The translations under genes and the position numbers were made by a program. Shown in pieces: positions 40,159 to 52,254 of a stretch of 64,000 nt of DNA; the stretch's first letter is position 1, and every line of letters begins with the position of its first letter. Source of the stretch: Octopus sinensis (taxonomy: Eukaryota); contig NC_043000.1 in assembly GCF_006345805.1 (NCBI RefSeq), forward strand, positions 50,034,001-50,098,000. Reading direction: 5' to 3'. The notes beneath the pieces are model-generated. The model searched no databases. It saw only the letters and a program-made list of their open reading frames with translations, and had not been told where the DNA came from.

Positions 40159-43100
40159 ATATATATATTTATATACATACAATATGTACATACAGTGGGC
40201 TTCCGTGTTGTTTCCATCAACCAAATCTCATTCAAAAGATGAGGCTCTGCTAGATGATAACACATACTTCTCCAAATTTCTGCTCTATAAGAATTACATG
40301 GCCACAAAGTTAACTTATTAACCTTCTTAACCACATAGCTATACCTGCATCGGGATTCATTGCATTTTCTTTCAATCTCCATCTGGAAATTGCGAATTTG
40401 ATGTGTTTGCATTTGAGCAGATATCTGAATTTCAATCAAATTCTGACTGCTATTTCTTATTATCTTTTTATATCATGGTAATTATAATGTTCTTGTCAGA
40501 GTGTAATTAGAATGTTCAATCAACTTTGATGTTCTGTTGTAGCAATACTACTATTTCAGTCTCTTACAAATTGCTCTGATAAATGTATCACTTTTATAAG
40601 GATTGAAATTGGTGTGAAGAAATTTCAGATTTTCAAGTACAGATATATATGTATTCATTTAATTTATAACTAACATCCTAACTGAAATGCATTTGCCTGA
40701 TTATCAAGTAACACCTAATTTTAGTAATGAATTCCAACTTTAACATTTTACTATGTTGTTAAACTGATGGAAATGAGAAAATGATTGTTAAACACTACAA
40801 ATTCTCAGTTTCTTATTACTGTTATTTAGAGATCTTTGAATGGAAAAACATTCCTGAGCAGATTTTTATGTTAGGCCATAATAATAATAATAATAAAAAA
40901 ATGAAGAAAGTTTTAGAAACTTTGGTACTTTTTGTTTTCACTCAACTAATTTAGAAATAGCTCTACAAATATTCTTTCTTCAGCATATATTTGCATAGAA
41001 ACATGTATGTTGAAAAAAAAAAGTACTTTTAATGGCAAATAGATTTCTTTAGGCCAATCATTTTATGTGTTTTACAGATGAATTTATCTTGGCTCTAATA
41101 GTTCTCTTCTCAAAGACACAGCCATTAGTATTTAACTATTAATGACATGAATGTCTCCAGAAAAAAAATTTTTTTTTTCATTGATGAAAATAAAGCAAAG
41201 TGTTGTATGTGTATGCATTATTGATGAAACCCAACATAAAATTAAACATTTTCTTCTAGATTTGGGAAGCTACAGGATAGACAGTCTAATTTCAGCACTG
41301 TATAATAGTTGCTATTGAGTAGTTCTTATGAAGTATATTCATAGAACAAAGATAGGTATAATCATACCATTATTAGTGATTTATGAACATAAAACTCTTT
41401 AATCTTAGCATTTGGCTGATATTCATTTTATCATCCAGGATGGATTAAATCATAAGCAGCTATTTTAAATTTTCTTCTGTATTTTTTATACTCATAAAAA
41501 TTTTTTTTTTCGGCTGACAGAGTTTAGAACACATTAGTTATATATGTATACAAAAACAGACATAAAATGTTGAGGATAAATATTCACCAAGCTATTTCAT
41601 ATTCTGGTTATGTAAGGAGGTTAAAATATTTAATGCAAGAAACATTAAAAATGCTAACTAGAAATAATCAAACTTGCAGAAAAATCAATGACTAATACCA
41701 TTTTAATTATTTCAGCAGGTATAGGAGAAAACTCTGGACATGTGACACAATATATTTCATATTCTGGCTCACTTTATATTCCACTCAATATAATTGGGAA
41801 GATTTCTCTTTTTTTCTTTCTTTTTTTTTTTGCTAACTTCTTACACATGTCTCTGTTTTGGTTCTTCCTTTCTGCATGGTTTTGGTCACAGTTCACTACC
41901 TATTTTATTTTAGTTCCCAGATGGCGTGTAAGGATCACTGTATTGATTATTTTATTATTTTTCTTTCAGTTCCATCACCTGTAACTCATTTTAGAGTCTC
42001 AATTCAAGCAGATATTATTGAAGTCTCATCTAAGTTCAGCTTTGGTTCTTAATCAAAATGCACCTAACCAACTGGACAATTAATTGACAGGCAGTTAGAT
42101 GGCTGACATTTCCAAGTTGAAAATCCTTTCAAAGTAAGAGAGGACACAACCTGAAGTGAATTTGGCTTGGCTAGGAAATAAAAGACCTTCAGAGATGTCG
42201 TATCAAAGATATCCTACTGCCTCTTAAGCTGTTTAAGGAATAAGAATAGAAGAAAGAATTAACTTTTCCATGAGTTTATTACAATTCTTCATTCCTATTT
42301 TTCTCTTTCTTAGAATGCAATAGTGAAATGGTTTTATGTCTTCAAAAGCAATATTTCATGTAACATTCAGTGAAACATTCCTTTCTTTGTCTAAATAAGT
42401 TTCTGTAGTTTTGCTTCTTTGTATTTCATTTGTTATAGTTTAAATTAAAGTTCTTGCTTTGTTGGCTAGCAATAACTTTAGATTGAAATTATATGCACGT
42501 AAATATTTCCCTTCCACATCATTGATAATATAGTTGGTTTCTTGGTCGGTTAGATCCATTAACAGAAATATCTGATAGCATCACCTTATTTGAAATTTGA
42601 ATGTGATATTGAGTCAATTTTTATTGACTGTTTTGTCAGTCTAAGAAGAAATGTCTTCAAGTATAAAACATTTCCAATGAATAATATTAGCATTTCAAGC
42701 ATGTTCTCTTAGAATTGAGCACATGGGTTATGGAATCAATTGTATATTTTATTTCCATTCAAAAGACAATAGCAGTTTATTTTCAGTACTTAGTTGTGAA
42801 GACAATGGGTGGTATGTATTTACATGACCTCCTTCTGCTTATACACAGAGAAATTGTCAGGACAAATTGCCAGTAAGAGTAGAAATCAGAAGAGATGTTC
42901 TTTTTCTCATTGAGAGTTCTGCTTGTGAAGGCAATAATATACATACAATTTCCAATGAAAATTAAAAATTCCTGCAGATGTGTATGTTGATGCAGAAAGA
43001 AGAACTATAGATGATCATTGCACAAACTTAAATGTTTGAGCTCTCAACACGGTTTTCTATAAAACTTGAAAATTTATTGATTTGCTCTTTTTAATGCATA

Positions 43101-43247
43101 TTTCATAAATACCATAAAAGACTCCCAAAGCATATGTGCACACATATTTGTATGCAGTTATGCAAGCACAGACTGAAGTGAGAAGCACCATGTCGTAAAC
43201 AATCATTGTGGCCATTTATATTTCTAAATCATTAAAAAAGTGGATAC

Positions 43248-43298
<51 letters not shown>

Positions 43299-43550
43299 CA
43301 TTATTACCATCCTTATTAACCTACTAGCATAGTGACATGCCAGTCTCTTAATTCACTTTCACAGTGTGAATCCTTGTCAGAAACTCTACATAAAATGGCT
43401 GCATGATTAAGAAGTTCACTTAATAAATATATAGTTCCTGGATCAATCCTACTGTACAGCATCTTGAGCAAGTGTCTATTACGATATCTTGGATAAAGTA
43501 GAATATGGGGTGGATGGGACTGTCCCATCACCTAGGCATTTTTAAAAATA

Positions 43551-44286
43551 TGACAACGCTATTCAAAAGAAGATTTGTTTTTTCTAGCTCGGAGCTGAGA
43601 AAACTAATAAGGAGAGTTACAGGAGGCAGTCGAAAAAGCCAGCTTCTATATATGGCTGAAGCGGGAAAACCAAAAATGGCTTGAAAGTCATAACATGTCG
43701 GCAGAAAATAACAACACTGGGTGAGACAAGCTGACGATGAATTAGCTTTGCTGACTGACAGGTGACGGTCATTTAGAGAATGCGTGGCCTAAGACTATGC
43801 GCCTTCATTGATCAGTTAAAGTTAAGACAGTGTCACATAACAACATGCTGGGGCTGCCTGCTGGAGCCTAGCAGCAGGTATTTAAAGGGAAAAATGTGAC
43901 AAGTCAGTCAGTCACCTGCTGATACTTATTGACACTACATCGAAGAGGCCAGGGAACAGAAGAAAGAAGAAGAAAGAAGACATGCACCCAACACCAGAGC
44001 TGAAGACACCTCCAAAAGGTGGGGGGCTTGCCACGTCAAAACGGTAGAGGAGTAGAGGCCAAAACTGGATGTGGTTCCTCCTGATGATGTCTTGAGCTAA
44101 CTGGATCCTATAAAGGAGCTGTTGTCATAGCAGACCACGAAACATGGTTGAAATTCCACAGCAGTTCTTGAATGTCAGATTCTTCTACGCTACACATACC
44201 ACAAATGTGTGCGTCTATGTATGTGTGTGAGTGTACCTTTCGTTCTCTAATGTATTTCAGTGAAATAAAAAGAAATGACTAAAACA
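43551..44286 (+). mobile_element. Solo LTR-like or pLTR-like element, 736 bp
   Basis: Starts TG (tgacaacg) and ends CA (ctaaaaca); AAAATA on both sides (43545-43550, 44287-44292). TATA-like gtatttaaa near 43878 and AATAAA near 44264; higher GC/CpG than the flanks. Confidence 0.55.
44063..44166 (+). ncRNA. Degenerate type I hammerhead ribozyme fold
   Basis: CTGATGA (44081-87) and GAAAC (44139-43), then ATG loop and GTT triplet (44147-49). Stem I: AACTG/CAGTT, TGTGG/CCACA, TC/GA. Long imperfect stem II. Confidence 0.55.
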
Positions 44287-44574
44287 AAAATAAAAACGGT
44301 TCTTTTAAATTAAAATACTTTGTATGATATTTGTTCTGCCACAGTTACAAGGACACTTCCTTTCTTGCAACTCTTAACATTAGAAATGCAAAATACAGTG
44401 AACTAGTGTTAAAGTTCACTATATGTGATAATAAATAAATCAAATAAACATTATAATTGTAATACACAGGTAAAGCATATTATTTCTTAGCTGCTGAAAT
44501 GTAATGGCAGGACTTTTAAATAGCATCCATTCCTACACTAGAATCATATACACTACTATATGCTTTTACCGTTT

Positions 44575-44965
44575 TTCTTTTTTTTTTTTTACTTATTTTT
44601 GTCATTGGTCTGTAGTCTCTGTTGCTGAACCACTAAGTTATGGGGATGTAAACAAACCAACACCAGTCATTTGGCAGTGGTGGTGGTGGTGGCGGCGGCG
44701 GTGATGGTTTTAGTGGTGGTGGTGGAGGTGGTGGTGGAGGTGGTGGTGGAGGAGGGGGGGCAGGAGGAAAAGGAGGGGTAGGAGGCACAAAAACACACAT
44801 ACACAGGCCTCTACATAGTTTTCATTTACTAAATTCCCTTACATGGCATTGGTTGGTTCAGGGTTATACTAGAAGATACCTTGCTCAAAGTGCTGCACAG
44901 TGGGATTGAACTAAAAACCATGGGGTTGCAAAGTGAGCTTCTTAATCACACAACCATGACTGCAT
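44575..44965 (-). mobile_element. Family-A SINE with a (GGT/GGA)n G-rich hinge
   Basis: Tail ttttttacttatttttgtcattgg...gctgaaccactaagttatggggatgtaaacaaaccaacacc; head ggtttatactagaagataccttgctcaaagtgctgcacagtgggattgaac-like sequence. Confidence 0.8.
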
Positions 44966-45574
44966 TTTTTGTATTTCAAAAACAATCCAACATATTACTT
45001 GAAGAAGATGAGAGGTAAACTTTCACCTGGATAGAATGCTAGTCTTAATATATTTAACATCTATTATCTGCAGCCAACAGCCAGATATATTAAAAGAATA
45101 TAGAATTATGCTTTTTATGAAGAAACATTGAAATTCTTGTAAATAATTTTGTACTCAGTAGGTAAATGGACGCTCACTGCGAGATGAGTGGACAGTGGGA
45201 GAAATCTTCATAGAAAACCCATCCAAACTTTTGTTCTGTTAGTTACTGGCACTCTAAGTGAACTGGGCCTACTTAGGTTACAACTCCTATGTGGACTCCT
45301 GCTATTTCTCAAATGCTGCCTTTAGCAAGAATTGAACTTGGAACATTCAAGTGATCTTATTTCTTTGACCTGTTGTGTATATTGCTTGGCCAAAAAGACC
45401 AATGACTTCTGAGTGTACTCCTGTTAATTTTTTTTCTGTTTTTTGAAATGTCACCTTCAGTAATAATTGAACTCAGAACGTTCAGGTGATTTTATTTCCC
45501 TGAAATGTTATATATGTCGTTTGGCTACAAAGATCAGCACAAGAACTTGCACTGTGGATCTATTTCAAACTCAC

Positions 45575-46334
45575 AATCTACGACCAGGTAGTAAAATATC
45601 CTTCTTAATTGGTAGATGTGTTCAGGTCTATAACAGTTCCATAGCACAGAGAAAGGCAATCCTAAAATTATTATCAAATCACAAAGTTCTTAAATCCAAA
45701 CCAAGTTTTAGCATTCCAGATGGTTTAAAAGCTAAGTCCATCCATATTGGAAGGTGTTGCAAACACAGAGTAATCTCTGAGCTAATTTTCGTGTTAATTA
45801 ACTTGGTTAATACTAACCAGTGTTCTTTGCTCTCTACATTGCTACTTTTCTTCTGGTGTGAGCCTTCTGATCACATTAAATAACTTAAGGGATGCTTTCC
45901 TTTCATAAAGCTTTTAATTTCCGACAGGTTTCAAATATCAGCTGACTAATCTTCACATAAGACTTCCAAATAGACAGCTTACCAATTCCAAGATCAACAC
46001 CGATTAACATCAGTGTGTCAGTAAATTTGATACCAGTCTCATCTTTAGTACTGGCTGTTACTGTAAGACGTAGTATTTAACTTGCTTATAATATAATATA
46101 ATCTATCAGCATCGAGAGTTGTAGGCAAATTATAATTCTCTGAATCAAATACATAATATAGGATTACATCTAACAAATTATTAATGAATCGTCTTAGAAT
46201 AACATTGAAATAATTTTCCCTTGAGAAAGTAGTTGGAATATTTTATCACACCATAGGTCAGAGTTATAAATTCAGACCTTGCTTCAATCTTTCCATCATA
46301 ATTGATTGAATTGACTGTTTATGAAATCTATTTG
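45575..46334 (-). CDS. Three candidate phase-1 exons (46334-46278, 46060-45983, 45661-45575), unidentified product
   Basis: AG/GT boundaries: ctttctgcag..gtctga, gtcttacag..gtaagc, ttttag..gtgagt. They splice in frame to NRFHKQSIQSIMMERLKQVTASTKDETGIKFTDTLMLIGVDLGIGLPFSVLWNCYRPEHIYQLRRIFYYLVVD. No homologue recognised; exons were chosen by eye. Confidence 0.25.
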
Positions 46335-47824
46335 CTGCAGAAAGTGAAGAATAAAATGAACTTGCTTAAATTCTTCTAGTTATTCCTAATACTTTTATCA
46401 ATCAATAAATTTAAACCAAAATAGCCAGATTATTTTGGTGAAGCGTATAGCAAAGAATTATTTTTGATACTTAACTACAATATTATATAGATAGAATACA
46501 AAGCAAATTCAAAAGAAAATATTAACAGCTTGGAATGAGCAATGAATTTCACTTCAGCAAATTTTGGATTAAATATTCATGGAAAAATAGCAAGGGAAAT
46601 ACAAAAAGAAGAAGCTATAAACTCAATGCCAACTTATAACAAGAACAAACACAGGAATCCAATCAGTGAGCTTCTATGTAGTTGCTCAATCAGCTAGAAA
46701 TAGCAGCTAAATCCCCCTTAGATCACTTTTGGCATTTTTTTGTTTGTTTAAGAAACACATTAAATAATGTACTTTTGTAAACTCCTAAAATACCAACCAG
46801 TTGGTCATGGCTGGAATGACTTTGATCATAGGATTGCTCAACCAAGACTGAACTAAGAACCAAACAAACAACAAAAGTGAGCAATGCCCAGACACATTAA
46901 ACTTTTCTTCTTGGTTTTATTTAAACATAAAACATAGAGATACCAACCAGCTTGTATTATTATTGAAGTGTATCCAGGAATAAGGGACTTTACATGGTGG
47001 AATTCAGTTTCTTGAACAGTATTGGCTAATCTGATAATCTGCTGAATAAATCTTTTATCTTTTGATTAAGAGAGAGCAATTCAATTCTGTTTCTTTTCTA
47101 AATCCAGAATGAAAGAGATTGAAATATCTAGATGAGAATAATAGAGTTTGTGTGGAATTTAAATGGTACACTGCTGGTTTAACCACTTGATGGAACTACA
47201 TGGGCAAACATGTAATTCCTGAGGTATGTAATTTACTAAAGTAATGAATTGAACATAGTTAAATCCAAGATCAGAAATCCCAATGCTAACAACAAAAACA
47301 AGTAAAGTGGTTAGTAGTTTGACTGAAGGAAACTATTTCAGAATCAACAGAGATTATCTGGGCAATTGGTAAGTATAAACTCCCTGTAGGGTGTTTAAAA
47401 TTTAAAAACCAGCAAGTCTGGAAAACAGTTTCCATTCCGAGAAAAACTTCCTTTCTTCACCCAGTCTCAGAAAACCTGAAGAAGTCAAGAGCTCTGTCCC
47501 TCCTTTTCTGACAAAACCATTTAAGAGAAAAAAAAGAAGCAGGGTATTGTAACATAATATAAATGAATGTCATGTTTTAATATCATCTAAAAGGTAGTGT
47601 TTAGCTGTGATTTCATGGTGTTCAGCAGAGGAAATATAAATCATCTTCTGAATAAGCTGCTAATAGGTAATATTCTCCTGAAATAAGGGAGAGCACTGTA
47701 TTTTGCCCAGAAATAAAACAAGAAAAAATTACCATTAAAGGATTGAACACATGACATATGAGCTAGGTAATCTAAAACTTTATCCGCCTCCACAGTGTGG
47801 ATTTACAAGGGCCAGTCTGGCAAT

Positions 47825-47991
47825 ACTGGCAACGGCCATGCTCAAATGGTGCTTTTTACGTGCCACATGCACAGGAGTCAGTGCAGGGCACTAGCAACGA
47901 CCTTGCTCGAATGTTTTGTTCATGTGCCACCGGCACAAGTGCCAGTAATGCAACACTGGTAACGATCACACTCGAATGGTGTTTTTTACGT
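47825..47991. repeat. 65-bp tandem unit, about 2.5 copies, belonging to the family-E SINE body
   Basis: Units start at 47825, 47890 and 47955 (actggcaacg/actagcaacg/actggtaacg ... ctc(a/g)aatg ... tgccac). Confidence 0.85.
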
Positions 47992-48504
47992 AAATAGTGT
48001 TATTCTATATACAGCTGAATATGTGAGCGAATGTGAAACCAGCATCTCAATTGAAAAAAAAGATTTCTTCAATTTCATACATTGATAGCAGAAGCACAAA
48101 ATTTTGATGGTCTAAAATATGTAAAGAAGCATAACTAATAGCATAATTTCATCACTATTTAAGTGGTTTTATATTTTCTCAAATTTTATCGTATTAAAAT
48201 TGCATAAGTAGACATATTCTGAATAATTAATAAACATTGATAGTTGACCAACACAAAATTAAAATTAACATCTAGAGTCTAGTGCTTTCTTTTATCCATC
48301 ATCATTTCTATTATCATTTTAATGGCTACTTTTCTTGCTTGCATGGGTCAGACAAGAGTATGTTGGGGCAGAGTTTTCTACTGCTGGATGTGCCCTTCTT
48401 GGTGCTAACCCTCCTTCACACCTTTTTCCACGTAAGATAATTATCTGCCAAACTGTCAAACAAACGATAGCTAAAACATTACTTTTGTAATAACAAAAAA
48501 AGGT

Positions 48505-48672
48505 GATGAGCCAGCAGAATTATTAGCATGCCAGGTGAAATGCTTAGCGGTATTTTGTCTGCCATTACATTCTGAGTTCAAATTCCACAGAGGTTGACTT
48601 TGCCTTTCATCCTTTCAGGGTCGTTCAAATAAGTACCAGTTACGCACTCGGGTCAATGTAATCAACTTAATC
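48505..48672 (+). mobile_element. Family-B SINE, least diverged copy
   Basis: gccagcagaattattagcatgccaggtgaaatgcttagcggtattttgtctgccattacattctgagttcaaattccacagaggttgactttgcctttcatcctttcagggtcg. Confidence 0.85.
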
Positions 48673-48714
48673 CCTAGACATGAGAAATACAAAATCACTC
48701 AGCAAAATACACAA

Positions 48715-48985
48715 TCATCATCATCATCATTTAACGTCCATGTTCATGCTGGCATGGATTGGGTAGTTTGACAGGAACCACTGTGTTAAAGGACTGCATC
48801 AAGCTCCAATGTATGCAACACACCCCTTTTACAACAGGTTTCTTTCAGTTTCTACCAAGCAAATCCATTCACAAGGCTTTGGTCAGCCCAGGGCGATTGT
48901 AGATGACACTTACCTAAGGTATCATATAAGAGGATAGAACCTGGAACCATGTGATTGGAAAGTGGACTTCTTAACCACACACCTA
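48715..48985 (-). mobile_element. Family-A head with a family-E tail fragment
   Basis: (cat)n-ttaacgtccatg...gctggcatggattggg, then ttctttcagtttctaccaagcaaatccattcacaaggctttgg...gaacctggaaccatgtg. Confidence 0.75.
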
Positions 48986-48989
48986 TTTG

Positions 48990-49029
<40 letters not shown>

Positions 49030-49330
49030 ATGTTGCACTCATGATCACTGGATTGTGGATTCGATTTCTAGATTGAACAACAAGTTGTGTTCTTGAGCAG
49101 AACACTTCATTTCACAATGCTCCAGTTAAATCAGCTGTAAATGGATAACTCTGTGATGGACTAACCTTCCAATTAGAGCAAATGTTAGCCTGCCAGCAAG
49201 CTGGCATTTTTCAAAAGCTAAGACAAAGCTAAACACATTGTGACCGGTGAAGTAGAACATTCAATAATAACATCAATCAAGTGGTTATATATATATATAT
49301 ATTATATATATATATATATATGAATATATG

Positions 49331-49404
<74 letters not shown>

Positions 49405-50264
49405 GATAGATAGATAAATAGGTAGATATAATGTATATATATATATATACACACAAATGCATATATACATACATATATACCACTAAATCTACCACAATTT
49501 GGCACAAAGCTAACTGCTTTCTTTCTCTTTGGTGTGGTAGTCTTTTGTGTTTTTTTAAATAGATTCTACAATATTAATGGTAGTGGTTTTACAAAATCCA
49601 GAGGGATGGAAGGTGGAATTAATTGTAGCAGGATCTGAACAGTGAATGTAGTTTAACAGAATTAAAAATAATACTATGCAGTTTTATATAATCTCTTGGC
49701 TAAGTTGAACACCCTGAAATTTCAACAGCTAGTTTTCAGTTTTAAGAAAATAAGAATTCATACTACTTCAATGGTTTTCGAGCTACTCAAACTTTTACAA
49801 GTATTATCTTGTACATTGTCACCATAGTGTAATTACTTCATGTGGAAGAACTAATTTGGCTCTTTTACTCAGTGTTCATTTCATGGTCCAATTCAATGCA
49901 CCTTTCTTTTATCCAGTTTTGAACTTTGTTCTTTATGCTTAAATAATCATTAATCCAGCTTAAATTTTCACTGAAGCAGCAAACTAAATTAGCAATATAT
50001 CATGAAAGAGATCAATTGTATGTTTCCTTATTTGATTTTTATTTAAAATGCATGGATTACTTTATAAAATATTGTTGAGAGGAAAAGTAGTAACCCTCAT
50101 CTGTAACAGAATTGTTTGGAATAAAATTCATAAGCATTATTTAAAAGGGATACATTAGTTTCAGTTAGTTAACACTTATTTTCAGTAACCAAATACAGGT
50201 GTTGGATGGAAAATAATGTGTCATACTATTAAAGAAATATCAGTACTGTGTATTTTGTTGTTGT

Positions 50265-50532
50265 TGTTGTTTGTTCCTTCTCAAGCCATGCCTGGCTCAT
50301 AAGGGCTGGTTTCCCGATTTCATTGGCATATAGGTTCCCCACCTGGACAGTACTCTGGTCCATCACAGGTGAGCTGCTAGATGCAGGAGGAAAGAGTGAG
50401 AGAATGTTTTGGTGAAAGATTCAGCAGAAGTTCACCATTACCTTCTGCTGGAGTCGTGTGGAGCTTAGGTCTGAGATTCGAACCTGTGATCCCTTGATAG
50501 CAAGTCCATTGCTCTAACCACTAGGCCATGTG
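50265..50532 (-). mobile_element. tRNA-headed SINE (family G) with a (caa)n tail
   Basis: Minus-strand head tggcctagtggttagagcaatggacttgctatcaagggatcacaggttcgaatctcag has clear A and B boxes; non-tRNA body follows. Confidence 0.75.
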
Positions 50533-52254
50533 GGTATTTTACAGACAAGAAATTTTTAAAAGCTTATCTAGAGTAAACAAGTACAAAGTAAAATAGTCAA
50601 TGAAATCTTGTAACACTAAAATATAATTTGCTGATTTTTTTACTTTAAGTTTTATTTATTTATTTATTTACTGATTTATTCCTTTTTTTTTATTTGTTTA
50701 ATTAGAGAACTTAATCCTGTGAAAAAGGTAAAGAATTTTTTGTGGTTTAAAGTAGATGTTGATATCTAAATTAATAAAACTCTTAGTTAATCCAGAATTT
50801 AAAGATGGTTGATCTGCAAGTAAATTTTATTAATTAAACAGCACTATCATTAAGGTGTAAATTAATTGTGTGATTCTACTTTCTCATTCTGAAATGTAAC
50901 CAACTTTTAATACATACGTAAGTAGTTAACAGCACAAAAATTCAATAAAAGTTGTTATATTCACATCCCCCTCAACTCTATAAAATTAAAAGATATAAAG
51001 GTTGTTAAAGCCAGGAATACAGACATAAAATGATAACCTCATTGTTTCAAAAGACATTTTTCAAAACTATTTATGAGAGTTATGGCACTGTGACATGTCT
51101 TATTAAATCATTTTCACTTACAGTATTCCATTGACAGAATCAGTATTTCATTGATAAATATATTATTTTCACTCTAACTGCAATCTACTATTTCTAATCT
51201 CAGCTAACTTCTAAAGTCTTTTGTATCTTGGATAAAATTACAATCCTGCAATAACAGCATGCTGTTTTGATGAAATACTGATCTACCAAATTTGTGTGCA
51301 GCTCTCTGTTGTTGAAGTGTTTATGAGTCAAGAGTTAACATAGTTTTATGTGTCACGGAGAAAACCTGTTAAATCAGTCAGATAAATGTTTGATCTTTCA
51401 ACATAAAAGTTGGCACTGACTGTTAGCTTTCAAGGAAAGCCGCATTTGTTGCCTTTTATGTATAAGAATTGATTAAAAGAAATACATAGCTTTAAAATAG
51501 CATAATTAATTTCATTTATCATTTTGATATATGACTACAGATCTACACTTTGCCCAATTATTCAGACAGTCTTTTCATGTGTCTGTATTCAGACATTTTT
51601 GAAAACTCACACAGCAAAACTCCACTGTTGCAAATAGTGAATATATATGTATGTATGTATGTGTGTGCTTGTGTGTATGTGCGTATGTGTATGTGCATGT
51701 GTGTGTGTAGATCAGTAGATAGGTATGTAGGTATGTATGTGGATGTAGTGAGGATTTAGTTTTTCTTCCTAGAGGAATTCCTTTCATGAGAGAAAGGACA
51801 TTCCACTTCACTGTTAGCTAATATACAATTAGAGATGAAACCTCATAGATACGTTGATTTAAGTATTTCATAAACTTCAAAAGCAGCTCTGAGGTTTTTA
51901 AGTGAACTGTCATAGTTTTCTCTTGTATTTCTTTACATGAAAATAGACCAGGGAAAGATTACACATAGATTCTAAGATGATGTTGACTTTCCTTTGCCTT
52001 TAGAAGGAATTGCTTTCATTTATATATCTAATATATATCAGATTACATCCAACAACTCAGTCATGTTAAATGAGTAATTGAGAATGAAAAGTATCAGGAG
52101 AAATGATGGAATTTTGCTGATAAAATGATTGAAAATAAGTAAAGGAGCTGATAGATTAGAGATTGTTGTAACCAGAATGAAGTTAAATAAGAAAGGATCA
52201 AAATAAAATCTACACAAAGAGAGAAATGAAACAGAAAATCTCTATTTAGACTCT

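Noticed and set aside
44000-44037. CTGAAGA plus a CACCT/AGGTG hairpin upstream of the main hammerhead
   Set aside because: It is followed by GGGGG instead of GAAA and no stem I pairing is found; at best a dead relic.
45467-45883. 138-aa plus-strand ORF
   Set aside because: TTG start, no recognisable domain and no convincing splice context; kept only as context for the relic and exon hypotheses.
47105-47367. Plus-strand exon-like segments with strong splice signals (MGKHVIPE / NQQRLSGQL)
   Set aside because: The first has stops in all frames before the ATG and there is no homology; such pseudo-exons appear on both strands throughout the window.
47825-47991. Regularly spaced repeats that might suggest a CRISPR-like array
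   Set aside because: Whole 65-bp units are homologous with no unique spacers, and the unit belongs to a SINE body.
50455-50532. tRNA-like sequence with A and B boxes
   Set aside because: No complete cloverleaf or acceptor stem, and it continues into a SINE body.
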